In this document: positions 25,732 through 40,189 of the stretch, one piece after another | How positions within the stretch are numbered: the stretch's first letter is position 1 | Layout of the letters: each line of letters starts with the position of its first letter | Source: Octopus bimaculoides | Taxonomy: Eukaryota | Length of the DNA: 60,541 nt | Reading direction: 5' to 3' | Assembly (NCBI RefSeq): GCF_001194135.2 | Contig: NC_069007.1 | Coordinates: 1,405,754-1,466,294, forward strand | The notes under the pieces: generated by a model | Told to the model about the DNA's origin: nothing | The model's database searches: none | The model's input: the letters and a program-made list of their open reading frames with translations, nothing else | Program-made: the position numbers and the translations under genes

Positions 25732-26107
25732 CTTTCTTTTATTAGAGACCCTGAATTATAATAAATGAGAAACGGTCGACTATAATAAAGATTCTGAAGA
25801 ACTCGGGGGTGGTGTTCTGGAAGCAGAGAAACGGATTGGGCTTGGTAATAATGAATAACTAAAAAATTATTCGATTGGTGATGGCACATTCAATAACGAT
25901 CGAATTTCACTGAAGTATAAAGCATCGAATAGAGCCTAATGTAAAGGCGCGCGCGCACGCGTGTGTAAAAGGCATCGTTAAACAGATATGTTTGTTTCTT
26001 CCCGACGCTGTTAATGTTGCCTAGAAAAGTTCATAGTGTAGGCACGAAATTCCACGAAACTTTCAGCGGTAGAGTGTCTTATGCAGCATCAAAGTTCATA
26101 TATGTAT

Positions 26108-26545
26108 CTTTTGTATTTTACTTAGTTCGGTTTCCGGGCTACGGTCATGCTGGAGCACCGCCTGAACGGATTTCAGTCGAATGAATCGATCTTAGTGTAT
26201 TGTTTTAAAACCTGCTATAAGTGTTGTCTGTATCTTTGGCGAACCGCTATGTTAGGAGGACATAGAGGAACCAACACAGGTTCTCAAGCGGGGATGGTAG
26301 TGAGCAGGGGGAACACAGGTAAAAACATACACACACCACGCATATATATATATATATATATGTATATATATCTACATGACAGGCTTCATTCAGTTTCCGT
26401 TCACCAAATCTACTCACCAGGTTTTGGCCGGCCCCGGTTTATATTAGAAGATACATGCCTAACGCACCACATAGTGGGATTGAACATAGACCCATGTCGT
26501 TTGGAAGGAAAATTCTTATCACACAAACACACGGCAAACGTATTC
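26108..26545 (-). mobile_element. SINE family B, full length, diverged
   Basis: catgctggagcaccgcc...gaaccgcta...(TA)n...cagtttccgttcaccaaatctactcac...gggattgaac. Confidence 0.85.
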
Positions 26546-26716
26546 TATTTACGTATAATTATAAACAAACCACACAACTTAAGATGCAAATCCCGTCACG
26601 CGTTACATAAACATATATACAGCTACACTAGCACATATAAACGCACATGCACACGCAACAGTACATGCATGGTCATACACACACGCGCACACCCACACAC
26701 ACACACACACACACAA

Positions 26717-26752
<36 letters not shown>

Positions 26753-27439
26753 TCCGTTCGTATTGCACTGATGTTTCGATAAAAATGGTAATATTGCGAT
26801 TCGGAATCATTGACTCTGCGAGAGCTGATTGTTTTCTGCGACGTGGGAGTGGCTTTAGAAAGCTAAAAGCGTCGCTAATTAATGCCAAAAATCAATTCCT
26901 TATTATCCATTAAATTCCGTTCGCTTAATCTTCATTCTAAAACACCTCTTTACAACCAATCACTCCTCATCAGTCTGTCGATCCTTCTTTATCTATCGAA
27001 TCTATTATTCTCATACACGTCTCTCAGATTTCTTGCCCGCATTGTGCGCTTTGCTCTTCATCTTTCCTGCATTCATTCACAATTCCTTTACGTCTCCATG
27101 CAGCACAATTCGATTGCTACTCATAGGAATATTATTAGACAATGGATGTTTTCTTTAGAAAGGTCTAAGAACACAAATAATAGAAAATATCTTTGTGAGT
27201 TTTAGTCAATCATTCGGAAGAATAAGCGCCTTGATCATGATTTATGATGAGGGGCACGAGTATATATTTACATATGTATGTGTATGTATATTTATATATG
27301 TATATTCATATATAAGCATATACATGATGAAATACATTGGTGCGAATAGATGTAATCTTATGAAGTGGGAAGTCTATAATATACGTATGTGGGTGTAGGT
27401 ACCCATGCGTATCTGCGAATATATGTGTATATATCCACA

Positions 27440-29230
<1,791 letters not shown>

Positions 29231-29611
29231 GACCGTTGTGTTGATACAGCTGCATAACAATGTAGATCTTATGTAGATTATGCATTCTATGTTAACGTTG
29301 ATGCTATGCAAATGTGGATTTCATGTATATTTCAATTTTATATAGATACGAATTGTATTCAGGTATGGATTCTCTGCATAACATATGTTCGTGTTTTGTG
29401 TTTGTGTATTTGTTTTTCATAATAATGATCCAGTTCTCTAACCAAAAGTGCTTCTCTCGAATTTGACCCCTAAATACTGAAATACGAATAAATAAATACT
29501 TTTATCTAAATACGTATATTAATGTACACACCTAGGTACGCTGACATATATTGAGAAGCAAAAGCATTTATTAGCATGGGTTTAAATACGGTCAGCGTGT
29601 GTATATCTTCC

Positions 29612-29656
<45 letters not shown>

Positions 29657-29695
29657 GTCAGTTTCTTCTTCAGGTCCATCGTTTCCCTTGATTTT

Positions 29696-29730
<35 letters not shown>

Positions 29731-29812
29731 CTCACTATCTATAACTCTCTTTCTAATCCAGATTCACGAAAGTACGATCATACCGATACACACACACACT
29801 TAGGCACGCATC

Positions 29813-29978
29813 TATATACGACGGGCTTCTTTCAGTTTCCGTCTACTAAATCCACTCATAAGGCGTTGGTCTGCTCGAAGCTTTAGTAGAAACACTTGCC
29901 TAAGGTACCACGCAGTAGGACTGAACTCGGAATCATGTGGTTGGTAAGCAAGCTACTTACTACACATTCACTCCTGCG

Positions 29979-29981
<3 letters not shown>
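29813..29981 (-). mobile_element. SINE family B 5' half
   Basis: atacgacgggcttctttcagtttccgtctactaaatccactc...ggactgaactcgg...cactcctgcgcc. Confidence 0.9.
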
Positions 29982-30017
<36 letters not shown>

Positions 30018-30547
30018 NNNNNNNNNNNNNNNNNNNNNNNNNNNNNNNNNNNNNNNNNNNNNNNNNNNNNNNNNNNNNNNNNNNNNNNNNNNNNNNNNNN
30101 NNNNNNNNNNNNNNNNNATATATATATATATATTTATTTGTATGGATGGATGTATATCCATATTTGTGCCAACTTAATGTATTTGGATGTGCTTCTCCTT
30201 AAATATGTGAGTGCGTTTGTGTGTGTACGTGTGTGGGGGCGAATTTTACTACCTCGACATCATAAATGGATACATTTGTCAATTCCTTCAAATACGTTAA
30301 TTAATTTTGATTATAAGAGTAGTTATTAATATATTATAATTCAGGAAGTTATGGTTTAGTTATTCTCTTCAGTTATCAAGCTTAATTATTGATTAAAGTC
30401 ACAGTATTTATATATATTTCATCAACTAAATTTTAATACATACATCATATATAAGGCTCTACATTTCAATTTCCTGTGAAAATGCCGCCAGTTCAATATG
30501 TTCTGTTCCGTTCTCAGTCGTTGTTCGTAAATTATACACCTTTTATC

Positions 30548-30790
30548 TTTTAGCAGTTAGTTGTTTTAGTTATTAGACTGCGGCAATGCTGGGGCATCGT
30601 CTTGAAAAATGCTAATGGAATAAATCGCTCCCAGTACCTATTTTTTTTTTTTTTTAACTGGTGACCATACTGTCGGTCCCTTTTGAAAAACGACCAACAT
30701 ACTTGGACGTAAACACACCAATAGTGGTTATCAAGCGATGGTGCTGGAGCCAAATACACATTCATATATATATACATACAAACATGTGTG
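30548..30790 (-). mobile_element. SINE family B 3' half, degenerate
   Basis: gactgcggcaatgctggggcatcgtc...ggacgtaaacacacca...tatcaagcgatggtg. Confidence 0.75.
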
Positions 30791-31395
30791 TGTGTGTGTG
30801 TGTGTGTGCTGGTGTATGTGTGAACACGCATACGCGCGCGAAAAAAAAATATATAGAAATAAACAATACTGAACACTCATATACAAGGTGTATGTATTGC
30901 TAGTCGTGGGCAGGCTGCGATTTGTAGGTATGGGAGAAACATTTCTCTTCAGTACGCGTAGAGTAAAAACACCTAAAATTCATAGACAAGCGAACATCAT
31001 TCTGCACAACTTACTTCACATGGATATACTCCACAAAACAATAATACTCTAATACTTCTCTTGAGAAAGCATCGAATGTAGAAAGATGTATAATGCTAAA
31101 AAAATACATACGTGTATCATCATCCAGTTATCAGTTTACGCGTTAACATACTGAGTTTAAATAATAATAATACCATAAAAGTTTTACAAACTCTGGTCAT
31201 GAGTGGTATTTTCAACTTATTACCAAACATCAACTCCTTTTCCACTAAATCATATGGCAAATGAAATTATTTAATTAGAATGATATTTATGTCATTGTCT
31301 CTCCACATTCCATTTTCCTGTCAAAATTAATCTCATTAACACTTATGCAAATTACTTGTTAATCTTCAATGTAATTGCGTAACTTATCCAATGCG

Positions 31396-31447
<52 letters not shown>

Positions 31448-31819
31448 GCGAGAGAGGGAGCTAAATAAGCTTTGTATAGAAAACACGTAGCAGTGCCAAA
31501 GTGAATTTGAACTTAAAATCTAAATTCTTCACCCAAGCTACAAGACTGGGTATGAATTAAATGCAAAACAGTTGATATGGAGGTTATGATACAAGTAAAT
31601 GCGGTTAGGCTTGATAAACACAGAAACAAGTACATGCATGGGTGCATCCGCATGCATACACTTACATATTTGCCATATGCATGCCTATCGCCGGAGTTAT
31701 TGACGCAAAAATAAGAATAAGTTTTGCATAATTATTGTATAAACCATAGGCACAAAGAGATATTGATTCCAAAATTTCGCACAATTTTGGAGACGGAAGT
31801 AAGAGTATGAAAAGGACAT

Positions 31820-31945
31820 CAATGCTTACCTGGTAATTATTTATCGACTCCGTAAAGATGAAAGGCAAAGACGACTCCGGCAGCTTTCGATCTCAGAACG
31901 TAAAGTTGGAACAACGCTGCGTAAGGATTCTGTCAGAAAGATGCC
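31820..31945 (-). mobile_element. SINE family A fragment
   Basis: atttatcgactccgtaaagatgaaaggcaaagacgactccggcag...ctcagaacgtaaag. Confidence 0.8.
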
Positions 31946-31979
31946 TAACACACACACACACACACACACAAAAGAATAT

Positions 31980-32195
31980 TCTTCTCTACTCCAGGTACAA
32001 CGCTCGAAATTTTTGGAGAGGGGTGGGCAGGCGATTAGATCGACCCAGTACACAGCCGGTACTTAATTTATCGATCCGAAAAGGATGAAAGTCAAAGTCG
32101 ACCTCGGCAGGATTTGAACTCAGAACTCAAAGACAGACGAAATAGCGCTAAGCATTTCGCCCGGCGTCCTAACGTTTCTGCCAGCCCGCCGCCTT
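31980..32195 (-). mobile_element. SINE family A, near-intact
   Basis: Full head and core; TSD acacacaaaagaatat (31964-31979) / acacgcaaaggaatat (32196-32211), 14/16 match. Confidence 0.92.
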
Positions 32196-32834
32196 ACACG
32201 CAAAGGAATATAAAGACGCAGGAAGTGTTGATGAAATTTGATCAAAAAAACAATATTCAAACCGTGTGGTAAGAATTTAGACCGGATGAAGTTTGTAAAT
32301 TTCATCTGAATTTTATATTTTGTTCATCTGTAGAAGAACATACAAAATTTAGCTTAAACTACTCAGTAATTTAAACAATAGTTCAGAAAACATATTTGAG
32401 TAGCGATTGTTAATATTCGGAATCAATTGCTAAGGAGCAAATGTTTGTAATGACGATAAAGAGGTGAGGCTGCATAGGTGATGCATGCTCGCTTCATTAA
32501 TGGTGGAAGTTTTCGCGCTTTACAATATGAAAGATTTAAAAAATATATTCAATAATTAGATATTTGAAGCGTAATTCTTGTCAATTTTAAAAGAGTGTTG
32601 GAATATAATCGATAAAGAATTAGATTAGTAAATAGTATAGCAAGATGTTTGCGAGAGCAACGTTTAGTAATGTGGCTTAAACATGTTTAACGTTCAAGCA
32701 GTTATGAATTTGCGGCTGGAAATCGTTGAATTCGAAGCTAAACAATGAATGTTAAATAAGTGTATTAGTAAGGTAGAGGTCGAAAATCCTGAACATAGAA
32801 ACCGTTAATAGTTCACACACACACGCACGCACGC

Positions 32835-32877
<43 letters not shown>

Positions 32878-33385
32878 TACGCACGCACACACACACACAT
32901 GCACACGTTGATATTTAAATACATATATACATACATACATACACACACACACACANNNNNNNNNNNNNNNNNNNNNNNNNNNNNNNNNNNNNNNNNNNNN
33001 NNNNNNNNNNNNNNNNNNNNNNNNNNNNNNNNNNNNNNNNNNNNNNNNNNNNNNGAAAGAACAAATCTTTCACCGTGTAATTTTTGAATGTCTAATATTT
33101 CCTTCTCGATATTTTGCTCACAATTTCTAAATGCAAATTTATTCCATAAATTTGTAACTTATTAATTGAGTATAAGTTGATACAATAGTAGGAGTGATTA
33201 TCAATATATTAATAAATTAATTATTAACCATTATCCCTCCATTTTCTTTCCTTAATTGAATATAAATGATATGCTTAATATATAACTATTTATTTTGGGG
33301 ATTTTTTCCCAATAATATAAGGCATAAACCAGTGTAGTCTTGGTTTTAATCATCCGTTCGAGAGGTTACTATATCCTGCTATTAG

Positions 33386-33423
<38 letters not shown>

Positions 33424-34432
33424 AACGTATAGACACACACAAATACACAAACATATACGTATGTATCTATGTATATACTATTTATGTATATAATCCATGA
33501 TGCCTTGTCACATTTGAGATTTACTGGTAAAATTAGTGCCATGTAATCCAGAATAACCTCTTCGGGGGCCGTCCGTCGTTAGATTTGCAGCATCACTGAA
33601 TATGTTGGCTGACGAGAAAGTTTCTTTCTACACACAGGGCAGATCAACTTTGTAAAAATCCCTGCTAAGGTTCAGGAATGCTTCGATTGGAAAATCTCTG
33701 GATGTTTTATTACATGGATACTTTTCATTACATTAAGTTCTATTCGAGTAATCCGTGAACTTTTAGCCAAGCCCATAGGAGGTGCTTACTGTGTGAGTTG
33801 CACGATTTTCTGAAGCCATATCTTATGCTAAACGACATAATACATACATACATACATACATACTTACATATATATATATATACGCAAACACACATACAAA
33901 AACACACACGCAAACTATATACATAGACAATACAGATGTAATGCATGCATATAAAATTCTAAAAGGCTGTGTCCTGTCGTTTATGACAGTCCTTTAAATA
34001 ACGAGCGTCTTTGTACTACCGTTCACCAATCATATTCCTTGTTATGCTATGAATACTGCATAAGCCTTCTTTACTTTTGCAGCAGTGATCATCGATCATT
34101 CATGAAATCCGAGTGTGGTCGGATAGCCTCGGTGATAGATTCATTAACATATATTCTTAACACAGAGTATGTATCCTTATATCTATTAGCTATTGGAAAC
34201 AAGCATCGCAAGGTTCGTTATCTTGTTTAGAAGATCGTAAAAAAAAATTTGATAGATGAGAGCCGATTACCTCCCGTTAACGACTGCATTCTTCGCCTTC
34301 TGAGAGCTCCGAGAAGATTTTATGTTTTTTACAGAAAACTTTGTACATTAGTATATCTATGATTGCCTGCGTGAGTGGGTATATATATATATATATATAT
34401 ATACACCTATCAGTTTAACCTATATATACGTA

Positions 34433-34490
<58 letters not shown>

Positions 34491-34558
34491 TGTGGGTGTA
34501 TATATATATATATGTATATTTGTATGTATGTATGTATATATCTAAACAAACGTATATA

Positions 34559-34825
34559 TTACAGTTCTATATTTAAGAGATGAGGAATGATGTACATTAT
34601 TTACATTTGGCAGATAATTGTTCTCATCTTGTTTGTTGTTTATACAACGTTTCAGTTGATATACCCTCCAGCCTTTTTCAAGTGTCTTGGGGAAATTTCG
34701 AACCTGAGTTCTCATTCCAAAGGTATTTTTCGATGTAATTATCATTATTATTATTATTACTATTAAGGTCACTGGCTCGAATCGAACTCGGACTCTTGGG
34801 GTTAGTAGCCCGCGCTCTTAACCAC
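34559..34825 (-). mobile_element. Composite element: tRNA-like head, (AAT)n linker, Penelope-like terminus with hammerhead motif
   Basis: Minus strand: GTGGTTAAGAGCGCGGG-CTACTAA-CCC...GAGTTCGATTC (34825-34767), AAT tract, then a terminus homologous to 49810-49937. Confidence 0.75.
34641..34686 (-). ncRNA. Degenerate minimal type I hammerhead ribozyme motif
   Basis: gacac-TTGAAAA-a-ggctg-gagggtatat-caact-GAAAC-GTT-gtata; the CUGANGA box is mutated, so this copy is probably inactive. Confidence 0.55.
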
Positions 34826-35720
34826 GACCTGCTGAGAGATACCAAGCATGGCTTTCCACCAGCTCTTATAGCAGTATGGCTGAGTGTTGAGGCAGTTACT
34901 AAAACAATTCAAATGTACACGTAATATAACTTGCAAACCCTTTGGTAAAGTGGATCATGGTCTGGTATGCCACAAACTGGGTGATCTTGGCATAACTGGA
35001 AAACCTGGAGAGGGGTTACAAGATAGAACAACGCAGGCAGTAGTGGCCAATAAAGCTACGTCAAAGAAAGCGCAAACAGTGAATATTGTTTCACAGGGAA
35101 CTGCTTTTCATAGTGACCCTTTCAAATATGCCTTCAGTTACCCAGATAGCCACCCATGCTAGCTACGCAGACAATACGAAAGTCTCGCAGAAAATACAGA
35201 ACCCCAACAATGTTGCACACCTGCTTCGAGAGTTGGGATCAATTTACAGATGGGCTGAGGATAATAATATGCAGTTTAATGCTGATAAGTTCCAATCCCT
35301 GCGCTACCAGCGTCCAACACCGAATATAAAACTTACAGGGTATACTGGCACACAGGGCATTACAGGCACAGAGCCTACGTCATTTAGGGACTTGGGTATC
35401 GACATGAGTGATGATACCTCTTTCCAAGAGAACATTACCAGGATGGCCACAAAGTGCAGACAACTGGCTGGATGGATCCTTAGAACGTTCAGAACCAGAG
35501 AGAAGAAAACCATGATGGTTCCCTGGAGGACATTTGCCCTCGGCTGCCTGAATTATTGCTTCCAGTTACTGCAACAGCGTGTGTTTCAGGGGCCCACATT
35601 TTTTTTTTTATTATTCTCCCAAAGAGCCTGAGGTACGTACACAAAGTGGATGTAGTAGTTTTCAAATCAAAATTAGATCTCTGCCTCTAAAGAGTTTCAG
35701 TTGAACCTATCTCACCGGAG
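34826..35720 (+). mobile_element. CR1-like LINE reverse-transcriptase fragment, 5'-truncated, frameshifted, internally deleted
   Basis: DLLRDTKHGF, KPFGKVDHG, VSQGT, YADNTKV, IYRWAEDNNMQFNADKFQSL, FRDLGIDMSDD, GWILRTF, LNYC and a C-terminal FQGP...LPKSL...FKSKLD...EP; these are standard CR1/L2-group RT motifs. Confidence 0.93.
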
Positions 35721-35771
35721 GTGGTGCTCCACCAAGGCCACAGCTGTGATGTGAAACTGATTTTAAAAACG

Positions 35772-35811
<40 letters not shown>

Positions 35812-36764
35812 TGTGTGTGCATATGTCCGTGTGTGTATCCTACGTATATAAATGTCCATTTTCGTTTTTTATTACAGAAATTTCGTTTGTATATTTAAAA
35901 AGATACAAATTATATAACTATTCACCATGTTAGAATGAAAATGTCACTTTGTTCCTGCTTCGTATGGCCCTCTTCATCTATTTCAACACTCCCTAAAAAC
36001 CATCACCAAACGAACTAACGATCTATGGAATCCACCACCAATACACCCTGATATAAATATCCATTTTCATGTAAAATTATACAATATGTCATCTCTTGGC
36101 TATGTTTTTTTTTTGTATTGTTATTTCGTTTTTTTTTTTAAGGCAGATAAAACGATTAGGAATGTATTTACTCTGTGATATATTCTTGCGTTTGATAATC
36201 CCGGATTTTATCGTCATGCAATAACCATTAATTGGTGAAGCAACTCATGGTTTTAAACACTGTATCTCTGTATGTGTGTGCATGCTTGTGTGTATCTGCA
36301 TGTGGTGAATGTGTGTGCTTCTGACAGCGCATGTTATATAACTGATTTTTACGCGCGTAAGTTTATTTCTATGTGTGAATATGTATATATACATATTTGT
36401 GTGTGTTTTGGTTTGTACGTTCCTTTATTTTTGCAAACCCCAAATAAAAATTTGAATAGCTTGAAAATTATTATCATCATCATCATTGATATTATTATTA
36501 TTATTATTATTATTATTATCCTTAATATTTAAGAAGTTTTGCCAATTTTATTTTCATACTTTAACCTATCCACAAATCATGTGATTTACTCAAATATACT
36601 AGAATTCTAGTCGTAGTTCACATCTAAATGTATAGAGACATACACATCCACACACTCACGCATACACATACGTGCACATGCACATGTTGATATTTAAATA
36701 CATACATACATACATACACACATATACATAAAAACATACTTATATACAGAGATGAGAGAGAGAA

Positions 36765-36799
<35 letters not shown>

Positions 36800-37299
36800 C
36801 AGAGAGGGAGAGAGCGCGTATTGGAACTGAACGCTCAGCCGGAGATTGAGAAGCGCAGAGTTCGTTTCCCTATGCAGGATTGCTGGCCCCTTTATTTTCT
36901 AAGCCGCCTTCACAGTGTGCACACACATGCATTCACGCACGCAAAGACACACACGTGCACGCACACACACACACACACAGAAAGAAAAACAGGTAGATAG
37001 ATAGATAGGTAGACAAACAGAAACACAGACAGATAAATAGCTAGCTAGCTTGATAGATATATAGATAGATAGATAGATAGATAGATAGATTTCTTCATTA
37101 CCCACACAGGGCTGAACACAGGGGCGACATGTTACAAAGTAGAGCTTTTCTTGGGGGGTGGGAGAAGGAAGGAAAAAGTGGGGGTGGATTTTCGATCAAA
37201 AGGGATCGTAGACATGTAGAAGGATAAGGGCCAGACAGACAGTAAGAAGTTCATGATGTACTCCTATCGCAAATGTTTTATGAAAAGAGTCCGACACAA

Positions 37300-37420
37300 T
37301 AAGTACTAAACTAAAAAAACAATATCATTCTAGCGTCGGTTTGTTCGACTAAATATCACCAATGCCACCACCCAGTATGGCCGCAATTCAATGACAGAAA
37401 CAAATAAGAGATAAAAGCAG
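37300..37420 (+). mobile_element. SINE family B 3' end
   Basis: aataagtact...gtttgttcgactaaa...ccagtatggccgcaattcaatgacagaaacaaataagag. Confidence 0.75.
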
Positions 37421-38860
37421 AGATCTTTTGAACGTTTATTTGTATCCAGAATAATGCCAATGTATTACATTACAGCTTTGCTTATTTCTTATATTTTTTT
37501 TTGGCTTTTACCTTCTCTCTTATATTAACAAGGAAATGCAGATTCAGAATTCTTCTACTGAATATACATTTTAATAAGTTGCTTATCGTCTATGTTTTTT
37601 TCCTATGAAGATATCCTTCTGGGAGTGTCTACATCAATTACTGTGTTATAGCAAATCAGACTTTTTGTGTAGAATCTATTCCATCTTCGCTCTGCTTGTA
37701 AATAAATAAACATGAATGCAAATATATATATACACATACATACACACATATATCTATATATATATATATATATNNNNNNNNNNNNNNNNNNNNNNNNNNN
37801 NNNNNNNNNNNNNNNNNNNNNNNNNNNNNNNNNNNNNNNNNNNNNNNNNNNNNNNNNNNNNNNNNNNNNNNNNNNNNNNNNNNNNNNNNNNNNNNNNNNN
37901 NNNACACACACACACACTCACCAGTATGTATATATATCTATGTGTATATATGATGTATGAATGTATATCTGGTTAAGAATTTCCAAACTGTATTACGTTA
38001 ACAAAAAAAAAAAAAACATAAATATGAAATAAAGACATTTGTTTTGGGGTTTTTTAAAAATATATTTTTGCATTCATTTTCCTGCTTCAACAAAGTTGAA
38101 TGTTTTGACTGATCAAGTTACATTTTTACTTTCTTTTTTTTTTCTTATTTGTTTCATTTCTTTTTATTCTTACGTTTTTACTTCATTTTTGAATTGTGAT
38201 GACAGATAAGATACCTCCTGACCTTTCTTTATGTTGTTCTCGTTGTTGTTGTTACTCAAATACAAAAGATATGTCAATTTGCGAATGATTCCCAATATTT
38301 CTCCAAAGAAATTTCCTACCATAACGCAAAATATATATCACCTATGGCGAAATAACATTTTTTCCTTATTCTTTTTCTTTTTTAAATAACGAACAGAAGA
38401 ATTTTGATATAAATATTTCTTGCTATTTCAATGCTTTAATAGAAAAATAGTATGGAATGTATGTGCATATATTTTAGAGAATATACAGTTTTCGGGAAAA
38501 AATTCTTTCGTATACTCAGAAATTCATAACAGAAGTCCAAGTCCATTTTACTTGGAATATTACGGCACAGTCTTCGTACAATTACAATGTCTACTCTCGG
38601 ATTAATTTGATTTATGCAAAGCGGGAAGACAAATCCAAGATTCTCCCATATGGATACTGGACATACACATACACTATATATATATATATATACCCACATA
38701 ATCCACGGCCGGCAGCCTTCTTTCAATTACCGTTATCCGTCCGTTCACATGTGTTTCGATCGGCTCTGAGCTATAGTGCAAAACACTTCATATATACATA
38801 CATACATTCATATATATACGGTGGTGCATCAGCATGGCCGCAGCTCTAAGCTGAAACTTA

Positions 38861-38901
<41 letters not shown>

Positions 38902-38914
38902 NNNNNNNNNNNNN

Positions 38915-38945
<31 letters not shown>

Positions 38946-39030
38946 TGTATGTATGTATGTATGTATGTATGTATGTATGTATGTATGTATGTATGTATGT
39001 ATGTATGTATGTATGTATGTATGTATGTAT
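38915..39030. repeat. Perfect (TATG)n tetranucleotide array
   Basis: About 115 bp of uninterrupted atgt units. Confidence 0.97.
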
Positions 39031-40189
39031 TAAAGTAACAAACTAAGAAAAGGACTTCCTTCAAAGTGGTGTGTAAAACATCCTCGTCACTGGTACATCA
39101 GTTGAATACCGCGTAAATAAGGATATAATGCAAATTACAGACAGTAAGTTAAATAGAGAGATTGAATTAATGATGTAATACTTTATTTATATTGTAATAT
39201 AACATAATATGCTATGAATATGATATAAGATAGCATAAAATAAATATTCCAAAACCAAAAGATAACAATTTTTTTCGACTTATATACATTATTTGATTTA
39301 TATCGTTTCATATCAGTCACTTCAGTGCTTTGGTTTAAACGATAGACGAAATTTTCGTGTGAAAGGACGGCTGGATTGTAAAAAAATAATTCAAATGCCT
39401 ATGTTTAGGGATGTGAGCATTAACTTTCGGCTTTATAGCAATTAAAATTAACCAAAAAATTATAACGGTCAAAATAAATAAATAGAATCTACAACTATCG
39501 GAATATATTTCTATATAATAATATTAACTTCTCAAATTATTATTAATCGAAATTCGTTTATGTCGAAGACAACCTTTTGCCATTTTAATAACATATAACA
39601 GCAATATATGAATATATAAATTAAATATAAGGGTCTTACTTAATCTAAAGACGGTAATAAAACGTGTAAATATATATATAAATGATAATATAGTATTATG
39701 TTGGTAATATATCGCAACTATTCTCTTTTATTTAAATTTATTGTTATAAAAATTGTTTAAAATAACTTACAAAAATGTTCTTTATCTACATAGTTTATCG
39801 GAGAGAGAGACCTAACTCTGTTTTACACTAGAAGTGATAAAACGTGCAACAGAAATACCACTGTCAACAGGTATTTATTATATAAAGAAAATCATTCGTG
39901 TACTGACAGATAATCACATATACTAATTCTATTGCTGATTAAGAAAGTTATCTTCTTAGATTAAACTTCTTAACACCTTAAGGCAAAACATTTTTGGGTA
40001 TCATTGAAATTTTCAATATAAACATTAAAAAATAAACATGTCCGTCATGACAGGAAATAAATAAGTACTGAGGTAGTTCTTGCTGTTATATTGTATTTTT
40101 AATTCATTTCATTTCTTTTGTACTTAGAAAATTCACTAATCTGTCATTGCTGTCTTTCAAAAAGGAACGGTTATTAATATTTTGATATT

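Noticed and set aside
25983-26003. miR-190-like start (agatatgtttg); also let-7 seed at 40069, miR-92 seed at 26761, miR-263-like at 3842 and miR-71-like at 6746
   Set aside because: Only 8-11 nt matches, with no complementary star arm; two lie in repeat-derived sequence
26147-26782. 211-aa ORF
   Set aside because: Antisense reading of a full-length SINE B plus microsatellites
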